Below, in pieces: positions 26,791 through 36,020 of a stretch of DNA of 64,000 nt. Source of the stretch: a virus; the IMG/VR virus record IMGVR_UViG_3300028558_000001, positions 32,001 to 96,000 of that record. One strand, written 5' to 3'. The translations under genes were made by a program, and so were the position numbers. The notes below the pieces were generated by a model. That model was given only the letters and a program-made list of their open reading frames with translations, did no database searches and was not told the origin of the DNA. The stretch's first letter is position 1. Each line of letters opens with the position of its first letter.

Positions 26791-28464
26791 TTAGAAATCG
26801 TAGAGGTCGCGTAGTCCTTCGTAAGTAGCCCATTCACCTTCGACAGGTTGTCTTGACGCCTTTTCATACATTCCTAGGCTTTCATACTCAGAAGTGAAGC
26901 CAAATGGAACTAGATCGGCCATGATTTCTTCCTCTGTTCTATCTCTTAGGTTTTGTAGTGTATAATTATCAGAGAATTCTTTAAAGTATCCCTGATCGGA
27001 TAGCCAAGCGAACAGTACCAGACCCATAACCAAATCGTCAGTGCTTCCAGTTTCCGCTTCATATGAATTGTTTTTTCTGGAGAATGTTGATAATTCATGG
27101 ATAGTATCAAAATCATTAACGATAAACTGGTTTTGTTCCACTAATAGTTTTAGAAGAGAACAACCAATGTTCTTGACCTGACGAGTCGTTCTGATGCCGC
27201 GATCCTGAGAAGATTGCTGGCCGAATCCAGAAGAAACCGTCTTGCCGCCGCGACCATTGTTAATGGTATAGATGATGTTTTCATATTCAAAATCGAATAG
27301 AACAGATGATGATACCTGTTCTCCAATATCATTGATTTCAACTAGGACATATGCGTTATGATAAATCTTAGCCATATTGTAGATGATCTGAGCGTAATCA
27401 AGGGGTGTAGTTAAATTAGAACGATAGACGCATACCTGTTGATATGGCATGTCCGTAACGTCAATTATAGAAAACGCTGAGTAATCTAAGCCCTTGCCTC
27501 TGGATACGTCAGCTACTAGGACGTATGAATGATCCTCTTGAGGAATAACATATTGTTTAATTCCAAGCTTTTCCTCAAGAACTCTTCCTTGAACAAGTTC
27601 CTTGAGCTTCCAACCGGCGATTAGTGTTCCTGATGAACCCATGAATTCACAATTGAATTCCTGATCAAACTTCTCAATATCATTATTCATTGATTGGAGA
27701 GTCATTGCTCTCCAAGCTTCGTCTCTACCGGGAACGTCTGACCAAATAGCTTCAATACGATTATATGGGTTGCGCCCTTCCTCTGCATCTTTCCAAATCT
27801 TATAGAAATGGTTAAGACCGCATGGAGTAGAAATCATGATGACTTTAGTTCTCTTACCTTCTGAAACGGTAGGATAAACAGATGCGAAGAATTCATCGAA
27901 GTTCTCAATGAAGGCTGTTTCGTCAAGTACTAGACACTGGAAAGTATAACCACGAACAGCATCAGATGAAGTCGCGGCGGCAATAACACGACAACCATTT
28001 TCAAGAACGAATGAGTTTTTATTAAACTCTTTTACGCCTTGCTGGAGCCATTTAGGTAGATGCTGGTAAGATGTTTGAAGCTTACCAAGAATTTCTTTGG
28101 CAGTATCGCCCTTGTTGGCTAGTAGACCTACAGTTTTTTGATCATTAAAGATAATATAATGAAGGAGGAATCCACGAACAGCTTCGGTCTTTCCACTCTG
28201 TCTAGCCATCTTGGCAATCGTATAACGATTATCAATCATTGACTCTACAAGATCAACCTGATAGTCTCTGAGTTTAAATGATGATAAACCATCTTCTGTA
28301 ATAATCTTTACATACTTCTCAATGAAATAGATAGGATCATTCTTACATTTAATTCTTTCCTGAATCATTTCAGGAGTGAAGTTAATCTGAACGCCTTCTT
28401 TCTTGAGAAGCGGATTACCGTTATATGGTTTATCTTCGATGATATAATTGTCGTCATCAATCAT
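26791..28464 (-). CDS. 17: Terminase large subunit
   Basis: ARQSGKT, LVLDETAF, ISTPCG, ADVSRG..DYS, DDLVM. Confidence 0.97.
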   Translation of the reverse strand: MIDDDNYIIEDKPYNGNPLLKKEGVQINFTPEMIQERIKCKNDPIYFIEKYVKIITEDGLSSFKLRDYQVDLVESMIDNRYTIAKMARQSGKTEAVRGFLLHYIIFNDQKTVGLLANKGDTAKEILGKLQTSYQHLPKWLQQGVKEFNKNSFVLENGCRVIAAATSSDAVRGYTFQCLVLDETAFIENFDEFFASVYPTVSEGKRTKVIMISTPCGLNHFYKIWKDAEEGRNPYNRIEAIWSDVPGRDEAWRAMTLQSMNNDIEKFDQEFNCEFMGSSGTLIAGWKLKELVQGRVLEEKLGIKQYVIPQEDHSYVLVADVSRGKGLDYSAFSIIDVTDMPYQQVCVYRSNLTTPLDYAQIIYNMAKIYHNAYVLVEINDIGEQVSSSVLFDFEYENIIYTINNGRGGKTVSSGFGQQSSQDRGIRTTRQVKNIGCSLLKLLVEQNQFIVNDFDTIHELSTFSRKNNSYEAETGSTDDLVMGLVLFAWLSDQGYFKEFSDNYTLQNLRDRTEEEIMADLVPFGFTSEYESLGMYEKASRQPVEGEWATYEGLRDLYDF

Positions 28465-28901
28465 TCTTTATTCTTTCTTAGTGTTTCTAGTGCTTCGTCT
28501 AGGTCTTTTGTAGTACCAACAAATAGATTGTTAGTTACTGTCTTTGGTCCTTGCTGACTTGTTGACTGACCCATTTGTTTCTTTAGATCAATAGTCTTCT
28601 TTTGAAGGTCCATTAAATCTTGGTTGGCTTTAAGCATAGTAGCAAAAATAGTTCCTAATACTTCATATGCTCTGGGATTCTGGCTTTGTTCTGCGATCTG
28701 TGATAGCTGATCAATTGCATCGTTGCCATCTTCGATTAGCTTCTTGATATTTCCTCTGGCATATTCGAAGTCTGCTTTAACTGAGTCATCATTAGCATCA
28801 TCAATTATTTTTGATACTGCCGTAGATGGTTCAGCAGTAAAGATAGAATTTAGAGGCGAGAGGCCAAGTTTCTTGCCGATTGGATCGTTATTAGCGGTCA
28901 T
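28461..28901 (-). CDS. 16: Terminase small subunit
   Basis: DFEYAR..PRAYEV..NNLFVGTT.DL; position before gene 17. Confidence 0.92.
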   Translation of the reverse strand: MTANNDPIGKKLGLSPLNSIFTAEPSTAVSKIIDDANDDSVKADFEYARGNIKKLIEDGNDAIDQLSQIAEQSQNPRAYEVLGTIFATMLKANQDLMDLQKKTIDLKKQMGQSTSQQGPKTVTNNLFVGTTKDLDEALETLRKNKE

Positions 28902-29692
28902 AGGTCACTCATAATTGTTATAATACCAAAATTATCCGTCGCTTTGATATTTGCTTGTGGAATAGAATTTGCAACTAAAGTAGTTGGATTGCCATTAGCA
29001 TCCAATCCGGGTTCAGTTGTCATAGTGAATACTTCTGAATTATCATCAGCTAGATATACATTAGATTCAATGAACTTGATAATCTTCTGTGTTCTTACTG
29101 GCCCATAGAGTGCCGCCTTAAGAGTAAAGTTTAGGGTCCAAATGATAACCTGTTTATCAGAAAACACTTCTGATGTTGTATTCTCTAATTCAATACCATC
29201 ATAGATGATTGGAACATCTACCGTAACACCCATTTCTGGAATAAGATTACATGTGACTGTATATTCTGGTTCAAAGAATGGCAGAATTTGTTCTACAATT
29301 TTAGTACCGTCACTCATATTCTTTACATAAACATAGAGTTTTAATCGTATGTTATATGGAACAGGAGAAAACTGATAGCTCATTGAATTAGGATCAGCGG
29401 TCATAATGGCGCGTCTATTGGTTGAAACGCCTTTGCGATCACCATCATAAGCTATTGAAACTATTTCGTAGGACATTCTTGGGAGAGTAATTGCCGCCTG
29501 TCTATCTAGGTTGGGGTCTTGCTCGTCTCTAACCAACATCTTTTCTTTGTTGGCAAAAGATAATGGAACAGTAATAGCTTGTGTTTCAGTATTAGAAATA
29601 CTTCTAGTAATTTGAATATCAGAAAACAATGCTCCGAAAAGAGACATGTATTTTCTTAAAAGATCGAAACCAAATGGTGCGTTGCTTAACAT
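28898..29692 (-). CDS. 15: Tail sheath stabiliser/completion protein
   Basis: FGALFSDI, VPLSFANKEK, LPRMS, PVPYN, IVEQILPFF.P. Confidence 0.93.
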   Translation of the reverse strand: MLSNAPFGFDLLRKYMSLFGALFSDIQITRSISNTETQAITVPLSFANKEKMLVRDEQDPNLDRQAAITLPRMSYEIVSIAYDGDRKGVSTNRRAIMTADPNSMSYQFSPVPYNIRLKLYVYVKNMSDGTKIVEQILPFFEPEYTVTCNLIPEMGVTVDVPIIYDGIELENTTSEVFSDKQVIIWTLNFTLKAALYGPVRTQKIIKFIESNVYLADDNSEVFTMTTEPGLDANGNPTTLVANSIPQANIKATDNFGIITIMSDL

Positions 29693-30420
29693 TAGTGTTC
29701 AATTTCTCCAAATGGATTATCTTCTGTGAATACAACAAACGTATCTGCTTCTTTAAGTAATTCTTCATTATCTGCAAGTGGATCAATATGGATAAGATCA
29801 TATAGTTCGGAGATAATATAGTTTCCATCTTCGTCAGTCATTAGACCTCCGACTTCGTTTTCAACGGCATAAGCTAGCTCATCAGTTGTAAACTTCTGTT
29901 CAAGAATATCAATAGCAGGAATACCAGTATTGAAAGTTTCATTTGAATATTCAAATAATTCACATGTAAGTCTATATGAATATAGAGTACCTAGTTCATA
30001 GAAGATTTCTCTGTTATCAGTAAATTTGATCTGAAATAACTTCTGGTGAATTGGAAGGAAGATTAAATCTCCTTCCATTGGTCTAGAGATAGAATAAGGT
30101 GTACCGATAACTGTTTTGAATCTATCAATGGATACTGCTAGTGTAATCTGTGATCTAACTTGCATACCAAACTTGGAATAGATCGTATCTTGTGGAGCGT
30201 TATTGAAACCTGAAATAGATTCGATAAGCATTTCAATTGTGATTGGCGTATCATAGACTGACTGATCATCTGTAAAATAGATTTGATCGAAATTCTGTAG
30301 GTTTCTAGGAATATAGATTACATCTTGTCCGTAAATTTGAATCATTTCATCTACAAGGCTTTGGACCAAGCCTTGTTCAGAAGCATATGTAGTTTGATTA
30401 AAGTACGGATTAACTGTCAT
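29692..30420 (-). CDS. 14: Neck protein
   Basis: NPYFN..EQ.L..LV.E.IQ..G, SKFG, RPMEGDLI, L.CELFEYS.E. Confidence 0.93.
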   Translation of the reverse strand: MTVNPYFNQTTYASEQGLVQSLVDEMIQIYGQDVIYIPRNLQNFDQIYFTDDQSVYDTPITIEMLIESISGFNNAPQDTIYSKFGMQVRSQITLAVSIDRFKTVIGTPYSISRPMEGDLIFLPIHQKLFQIKFTDNREIFYELGTLYSYRLTCELFEYSNETFNTGIPAIDILEQKFTTDELAYAVENEVGGLMTDEDGNYIISELYDLIHIDPLADNEELLKEADTFVVFTEDNPFGEIEH

Positions 30421-31142
30421 TAAATATATTTCCAGTTTTTAAATCGTTCTGTTTTACTATTTAACCTACACGTAATGGTTCTAGGAGTAACATTATATAC
30501 TTTGGCTGCATCAATAAGTAGTTGATATTCTACTTCATCAATAATAAATGGCTTTGATTTAATTACTTTATTTCTATACTCTGGATTTTCCCATAACTTT
30601 TTAGTATTATTACGGTGAACTTCTTTTAACTCACTTGAATCTTTATCAAGCCAAGTTTGTCTGTTTTCAACTGGAGATTTTTCTTCCCAATATTTGATCA
30701 TAGCTTCTCTATGGCTGCGAGCGCCATCATCCGACTTTTTATAAATCCTAGTTTTAAGACCTTCTTTATATTTTTCTTTTACTTCTGGCCTTTGCATGGC
30801 TTCCTTCGTTTTTTTAGAAATCTTTTCTTTAATAGTTAGAGCTTTATTTTCATCAGTAGTCCAACGTGCTACAGTTGTGTGTAAATTGTAGTATCTTACT
30901 TTTATCTCTTCTTTTTTAACCATATTAAGGTAATATTGTTCTTTTTCAAACAGGTCTTTTTTATTAGTATATATTCTAATAATAATACGTCTTTTAAAAT
31001 CATCTGGTCTTCTTTTATAGGAAGCTTTCATCCATCTAGAAGAACAAATATATCCATCATCTTCTGTTCCCCAATGACAACCTACATAATATCTCTTATG
31101 TTTTCGGTCGAACCAGATGTAAACGAAACCATATTTTTCCAT
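30420..31142 (-). mobile_element. Free-standing Seg-like GIY-YIG homing endonuclease between genes 13 and 14
   Basis: YGFVYIW..YYVGCH..YICSS..YYN; C-terminal NUMOD1-like domain. Confidence 0.85.
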
Positions 31143-31150
31143 AAAATTTT

Positions 31151-31182
31151 CTCCTGTAATTGTTTCTACAGAAGTATTTATG
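31151..31182 (-). promoter_or_regulatory. Late promoter CATAAATA plus RBS-sequestering hairpin
   Basis: Minus strand: CATAAATA-cttctgta-gaaacaat-tacAGGAG-N8-ATG. Confidence 0.65.
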
Positions 31183-31197
31183 GTAAAAGTGTACCCC

Positions 31198-31956
31198 TCA
31201 GCCTATATAAACACCCATAGGAGCAAAGTATGTTTCTCTCATTTCCTTTTCAAGCTTTTCCTGTTCAATAACAGCTTCATCATAAATCTGCTTACCATTG
31301 AAAGTAATACCAGAAGGAAGAGTCATTGGACCGTACTTAGATGTATTAGTTCCGTATTGCTTTTTGATTAGAGCCGTGGCATACTTCTGTAGCCAACGAT
31401 TACCCCAAATTCTAGGATATTCATCTGGATCAATAACGTTATATGCTTCAACCATAATGAAGATACCGGGATTGATACCTGTCCAATCCATATCAATATA
31501 TAGAGTATTCTTAAATCTATTGTATCTTACTGGCTTCTCACCAACTAGAATCTGTTCTAGGAATTCTAGTCTTGATAGAGCCATGTAATATGGAACCATT
31601 GAGACAGATGTTAGATTATGAAGATCGTTTAACATGATCTGATAATGTAGGGAGAACATGTTATTAGTACTCATTTCCAAATCAATTGGGAAAATGCGTA
31701 CTGCCCCGACAAAGTTATCAGGGAGAGTAATGTACTTGTTATCAATATCTTGTTGTGTTAGACAATATGCATAATACGTCTGTTCTGTACCATCATAATG
31801 AAAGTCAGTGAAGTAATTTAGGGCTTCGTCAATTCTATCATCCAACTGATTAGCCAAATCAACTGTATCACCTTGAATGTTGATTTGTAGAACTGGCGCA
31901 CCTAATGCTCTTAGGCAATATGCTGCAAATTCATCCCTTGAGGTAGGTACTGCCAT
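31198..31956 (-). CDS. 13: Neck protein
   Basis: YCLRALGAPV..IN, FTDFHYDG, WLQKYATALIK.Q.G.N..K. Confidence 0.94.
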   Translation of the reverse strand: MAVPTSRDEFAAYCLRALGAPVLQINIQGDTVDLANQLDDRIDEALNYFTDFHYDGTEQTYYAYCLTQQDIDNKYITLPDNFVGAVRIFPIDLEMSTNNMFSLHYQIMLNDLHNLTSVSMVPYYMALSRLEFLEQILVGEKPVRYNRFKNTLYIDMDWTGINPGIFIMVEAYNVIDPDEYPRIWGNRWLQKYATALIKKQYGTNTSKYGPMTLPSGITFNGKQIYDEAVIEQEKLEKEMRETYFAPMGVYIG

Positions 31957-31970
31957 GTCTTATTCCTTAC

Positions 31971-32468
31971 TTAATGATGAGCACATAATTGGAAATGCAT
32001 TGGATCAATATCATTGTTTGCACCGCGCCAACAAAATCCATGCTTCTGTAGAATTGTAGCAAACTTCTCATCAATCATCTGTCCACCAGTATACTTATGA
32101 GGGAATGGATTATGTTGTGGGTCCATATCAATAGCACATCCCCATGAATGTACTGATAGACGTGAACCGCCGCGTTCAAGGCGATAACAGAAGGTTCCAC
32201 CAGTAATATTGAGTCTCTTGGCAACAATGTAATCATGACCAAGTGTATTAAGTACGTCAGTAAAAGCAGCGTCGAATGTCTCTAGTGTCTTTTTATGAAC
32301 TTCTAGATGTAACATCGCTTCTTTTGGATTGCCAGAATAGAACATTGGATATGGAGTAACCCAATGTGTCATGTTTTCGGCATACCACTTTGGATCAACG
32401 TTGCCGTTTCTTCCTCTTGGATTGCCATAAAAAGCATCTAGTTCAACAATATTTTCTTTAGGCCACAT
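31971..32468 (-). CDS. M15-family peptidoglycan peptidase (probable endolysin)
   Basis: R..SVHSWGCAID...DPMHFQ Zn motif; AATAAATA at 32499-32506 upstream. Confidence 0.85.
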   Translation of the reverse strand: MWPKENIVELDAFYGNPRGRNGNVDPKWYAENMTHWVTPYPMFYSGNPKEAMLHLEVHKKTLETFDAAFTDVLNTLGHDYIVAKRLNITGGTFCYRLERGGSRLSVHSWGCAIDMDPQHNPFPHKYTGGQMIDEKFATILQKHGFCWRGANNDIDPMHFQLCAHH

Positions 32469-32504
32469 TATGAATTTTCCTCTGTTAGTTATATATTCTA
32501 TTTA

Positions 32505-33149
32505 TTAGGAAACAGGCCAAACAACTGCATCAATTTCAGCAGTTGTAGTAATTGAATTGTTACTAATTCCATTTAGAACTGTGCCATATGTAATATAAGT
32601 ATTAGAAATCCAATTTCCTACTTCTGTGGCTAGTGTGATACATTCTGACCCTAGAATTGAAGTAGCAACTCCATTGTTATCAATCCAAGTCTTAGACTGA
32701 GTTGGATAATTCTGACCAAAGAGGGCTAGAAGTGATAATGATGCTTGCGTTGATGAAGTACCATCACATAGAATTTCTTTTGGAGTAGAATTGGCTTCCG
32801 CTACATTAACAGTAATGCCTTTATATAGGACATTGTAATGAACTAGATCAGTATATACATTTAATGATACTGATGGAGAAGGGGCAACAGTCTGATACAT
32901 AGAAGTTGCAACAATGGTGTTGGCAAATCTTTCATATGTAATACCACAAACTACCTGATTGTTTGCTGGTTGTTGAACAGGATCAGCTACCCTATAAATG
33001 TTTAGGGGTAATAGATCAGCATCGGCCATTGCCCATAATGTTGACCATGCGTATGAAACTGTATTAGCACCAGCACCAGTTGTAACTGGATTGCCGGGCG
33101 CTAATGGAATTATTGCCCCTGATGCATCTAAACTTACTAAAGTAGTCAA
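32505..33149 (-). CDS. Tail-fibre-associated protein (DUF4376-like C-terminus)
   Basis: Position after the adhesin; C-terminal ITT.AEIDAVVWP. Confidence 0.6.
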   Translation of the reverse strand: MTTLVSLDASGAIIPLAPGNPVTTGAGANTVSYAWSTLWAMADADLLPLNIYRVADPVQQPANNQVVCGITYERFANTIVATSMYQTVAPSPSVSLNVYTDLVHYNVLYKGITVNVAEANSTPKEILCDGTSSTQASLSLLALFGQNYPTQSKTWIDNNGVATSILGSECITLATEVGNWISNTYITYGTVLNGISNNSITTTAEIDAVVWPVS

Positions 33150-33160
33150 TTATATTCTCC

Positions 33161-33934
33161 TTAACCCCAAGATATTAAAACTCGTCCATTACCACCAGTG
33201 CCGCCTTGTGAATAACCTGATATAAGACCACCGCCGCCACCGCCGCCTACTGTTACGGACAGTCCTGTTCCTACTGCTATATTTCCAATGTAATAAGTAG
33301 ACTGTGAATAACCAGCGCCACCGCCTCCCCCGCCGCCGATCCCGCCACCGGAATTATAACCGCCGCCACCGCCACCACCCGGCCATGATCCTCCACCACC
33401 GGCTGTTCCCCCCGCAGCACCGCCGCCACCACCACCCGGCGAGCCGCCACCAGCACCGGCATAACCTAATCCACCAGAACCACCAGAATTACCACCGTCG
33501 TTTACTTGATTACCACCACCAGCAGAACCACCACCGCCTCCAGCATAATATCCAGAACCACCACCGCCTCCAGAAGCCCACAAATATCCACTTATTTGTG
33601 ATGTTCCACCACCAGAACCACCAGCATAAACATAATTAGTATAGCCAGCAGTACCGCCGCCGCCGCCACCCCAAACTTGGAATGTTATCCAGTTGAAGTG
33701 AGGAACATACCAAGTATAAGTTCCGGGCGTTCCTTGGTCCCATGAACCGGGAACGGCAGAAGTAGTTCCATAGAATTGTTTAATATCAATCAGACCTGAT
33801 GTGGGTACACCAGCGTTAGCAGAAATATTAGGAACGTATGAACCACCGCGATAATATGATTTTAAATCATTACCACCACCGAATTCGTTAATAATATTTT
33901 TTAAGCTTATTAGTCCAGAAGATGGAAGAGTCAT
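33161..33934 (-). CDS. Glycine-rich adhesin (gp38-like receptor-binding tip)
   Basis: N-terminal LPSSG.ISL..I..EFG..YYRGG..P.SG.I...FYG, followed by polyglycine motifs. Confidence 0.75.
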   Translation of the reverse strand: MTLPSSGLISLKNIINEFGGGNDLKSYYRGGSYVPNISANAGVPTSGLIDIKQFYGTTSAVPGSWDQGTPGTYTWYVPHFNWITFQVWGGGGGGTAGYTNYVYAGGSGGGTSQISGYLWASGGGGGSGYYAGGGGGSAGGGNQVNDGGNSGGSGGLGYAGAGGGSPGGGGGGAAGGTAGGGGSWPGGGGGGGYNSGGGIGGGGGGGAGYSQSTYYIGNIAVGTGLSVTVGGGGGGGLISGYSQGGTGGNGRVLISWG

Positions 33935-35757
33935 TTACTTTCCAGTATTTTGATTCTATCTTGTAGTTCTTTAATTTGCTTTTGTTGAGCCTGAACCGCG
34001 CCAATTAAATCGAAGATAATCTTATTTTCAGAAACAGTTAAATATGGATTTCCATTTTCATCTTTAGATGTTTCATTAATATGAACTGCATCTGGATTAA
34101 TTGGTACAACTTCCTGTGCGATCAAACCTCTTTGACGTTCACCTTCTTCTTTACCATTGATAGAACGTCCAATAGTATTCCAAGAGAAATCAACTACTCT
34201 ATATGAGTTTACTCTATGTAGACCTTCAACTGCATTAACAGAGACAATGTTTTCCTTAAGTCTTTCATCTGACCATGAAGCGTAAAGATCGCCAGTAGTA
34301 TAGAAGTTTCCATCATAGTTCATTAACCATTTAATAGTATTAGTATGGTCATTGAAACCATGTTGGTAGGAAGAGCCATTAGCAGCGGAAACATAAGTAG
34401 AGGTTCCGTTAGGTGTTATTTGAATTCTGGCAACAGAATTAGCATCATAGATATAACCAGTTGTAAGAATATGATTTGTGGATGATATTAATCCACCAAA
34501 GTTAGTTCCTGCTCCAGTACCGTCAATATTTACAACGCCAGTTGAAAGGTTCCAAGAAAGAGGTCTAAAGCTATTATATGTTCCTGTAGTATTGCCAGAT
34601 GCAGTCTGCATGAAGTACATAGAAGCACCATCATTACGGAAGAAAGTAGCATATGTTCCTCCGACTAATCTATATTGACCACCAGTACCGGAAGCATCAG
34701 TAGCAATTGCTAAGATAGAATTTGCTGCGATAGTATTGGCATTAATAGTATTTGATGTATGGGCAACAATAGTAGTTGTATTTGCTACGATAGTATTTGC
34801 GGTAATTGCAACCAAGTTAGCATTATTAGCTGTTACTGAATTGGAAGTAACAGATACTAAGTTAGCGGTATTAGATGTTAAAGCAGTAATTGTTCCGGTA
34901 TTGCTTCCAAGATTTACGGTAGAAACAGTATTAGTAGAAACAGTATTAGAAACAGTTAATATGCCTGTTGTACTATTGTATGTAAATGCCGCAGAAGCAC
35001 CCATTGTTCCAGAGCTATTAAACTGAACCTGTGTGTTAGCACCACCAGCAGCTACTAATGACGCAATAGAAACATATGAACCATTAGCATTTAAATAAAA
35101 TGATCCATTTGAAATGGCCGCTGTAGAAGGAACGGTAATATTAATGTTAGAGGTAGAGTTAGCTACCGCTATACTTGATGGTGTTAGAGTAACCTTGACA
35201 GTTGAGTTACCAACTAATACTGTATTATTTGTAGTTAGATTGGCATTAAGTGTTACAGTATTTCCAAATGTAGTTGGAGCATTTACAGTTAGGTTGTTTG
35301 AGGTAACTACTAGATTATTAGAATTAAATGCAGTATTAGAAACATTGAATGTAAGTAGGTTGGTGTTTACAGTATATGTATTAGAAGTAACTGATGAGTT
35401 TACAACAGATACAGACCATATAGAAGTATTAACTGAAACAGAGTTTGACGGAGTTAATGCAATATTCAGAGGGGTCATTGAGAAGAAGGTATTTGTAGTA
35501 TTGGCAAATACCGTATTGGTAACAATATTTAAAGTATTTGGAGCATTGATGGTCCCGCCACCAATGGAGTTACCGACGTTTAATACATTGATACCAATAT
35601 AGCCGTTACATACACCATTACCAGTTGTTACTGATCCAGTAGTGCTAGAATCTACAGTAAAGGTATTTGATGAAATGATTGTAGCAATCTGGTTAGTTCT
35701 GGTTAACCAAACTCCAAATGACTGACTATTTGCAACTGTAGAGACTGTAATTGACAT
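33931..35757 (-). CDS. Tail fibre with C-terminal S74 intramolecular chaperone
   Basis: WSDERLKEN cleavage motif, GLIAQEV, coiled-coil end; N/S/T-rich beta shaft. Confidence 0.88.
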   Translation of the reverse strand: MSITVSTVANSQSFGVWLTRTNQIATIISSNTFTVDSSTTGSVTTGNGVCNGYIGINVLNVGNSIGGGTINAPNTLNIVTNTVFANTTNTFFSMTPLNIALTPSNSVSVNTSIWSVSVVNSSVTSNTYTVNTNLLTFNVSNTAFNSNNLVVTSNNLTVNAPTTFGNTVTLNANLTTNNTVLVGNSTVKVTLTPSSIAVANSTSNINITVPSTAAISNGSFYLNANGSYVSIASLVAAGGANTQVQFNSSGTMGASAAFTYNSTTGILTVSNTVSTNTVSTVNLGSNTGTITALTSNTANLVSVTSNSVTANNANLVAITANTIVANTTTIVAHTSNTINANTIAANSILAIATDASGTGGQYRLVGGTYATFFRNDGASMYFMQTASGNTTGTYNSFRPLSWNLSTGVVNIDGTGAGTNFGGLISSTNHILTTGYIYDANSVARIQITPNGTSTYVSAANGSSYQHGFNDHTNTIKWLMNYDGNFYTTGDLYASWSDERLKENIVSVNAVEGLHRVNSYRVVDFSWNTIGRSINGKEEGERQRGLIAQEVVPINPDAVHINETSKDENGNPYLTVSENKIIFDLIGAVQAQQKQIKELQDRIKILESK

Positions 35758-35772
35758 TTATATCCTATTTCT

Positions 35773-35991
35773 TTACGTTAATTTCTGTAAAATTAAGTTT
35801 AACTTTTCGTTAATATCTTCTACTTGCTTTTTAATATCATCATGCTCTACAATCATCTTCGTCAATTTAATTCTATTTTCACGTTCTTTCTTATAACCAT
35901 TTAGACCTTCAACATTGGTGTTCAAGATCGCTTTGGAATGAGAATCTCTTACTAAATATGGGTTATTTTCAACTTTAATATAGGATGACAT
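35773..35991 (-). CDS. Small conserved T4-like-phage protein
   Basis: IKVE..LVRD..S.AILN motif; TATAAATA at 36010-36017. Confidence 0.75.
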   Translation of the reverse strand: MSSYIKVENNPYLVRDSHSKAILNTNVEGLNGYKKERENRIKLTKMIVEHDDIKKQVEDINEKLNLILQKLT

Positions 35992-36009
35992 GCATAAATT
36001 CCTTTATGT

Positions 36010-36017
36010 TATTTATA
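36010..36017 (-). promoter_or_regulatory. T4 late promoter TATAAATA
   Basis: Exact consensus 18 nt upstream of the ATG. Confidence 0.7.
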
Positions 36018-36020
36018 AGA

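Noticed and set aside
26791-28464. Intein or intron in terminase (also checked nrdJ, primase, thyA)
   Set aside because: Normal lengths, continuous motifs, no intein or splice signatures.
33161-33934. GC-rich ccgccacca runs as a DNA tandem repeat or DGR target
   Set aside because: Explained by polyglycine codons; no reverse transcriptase or template repeat seen.
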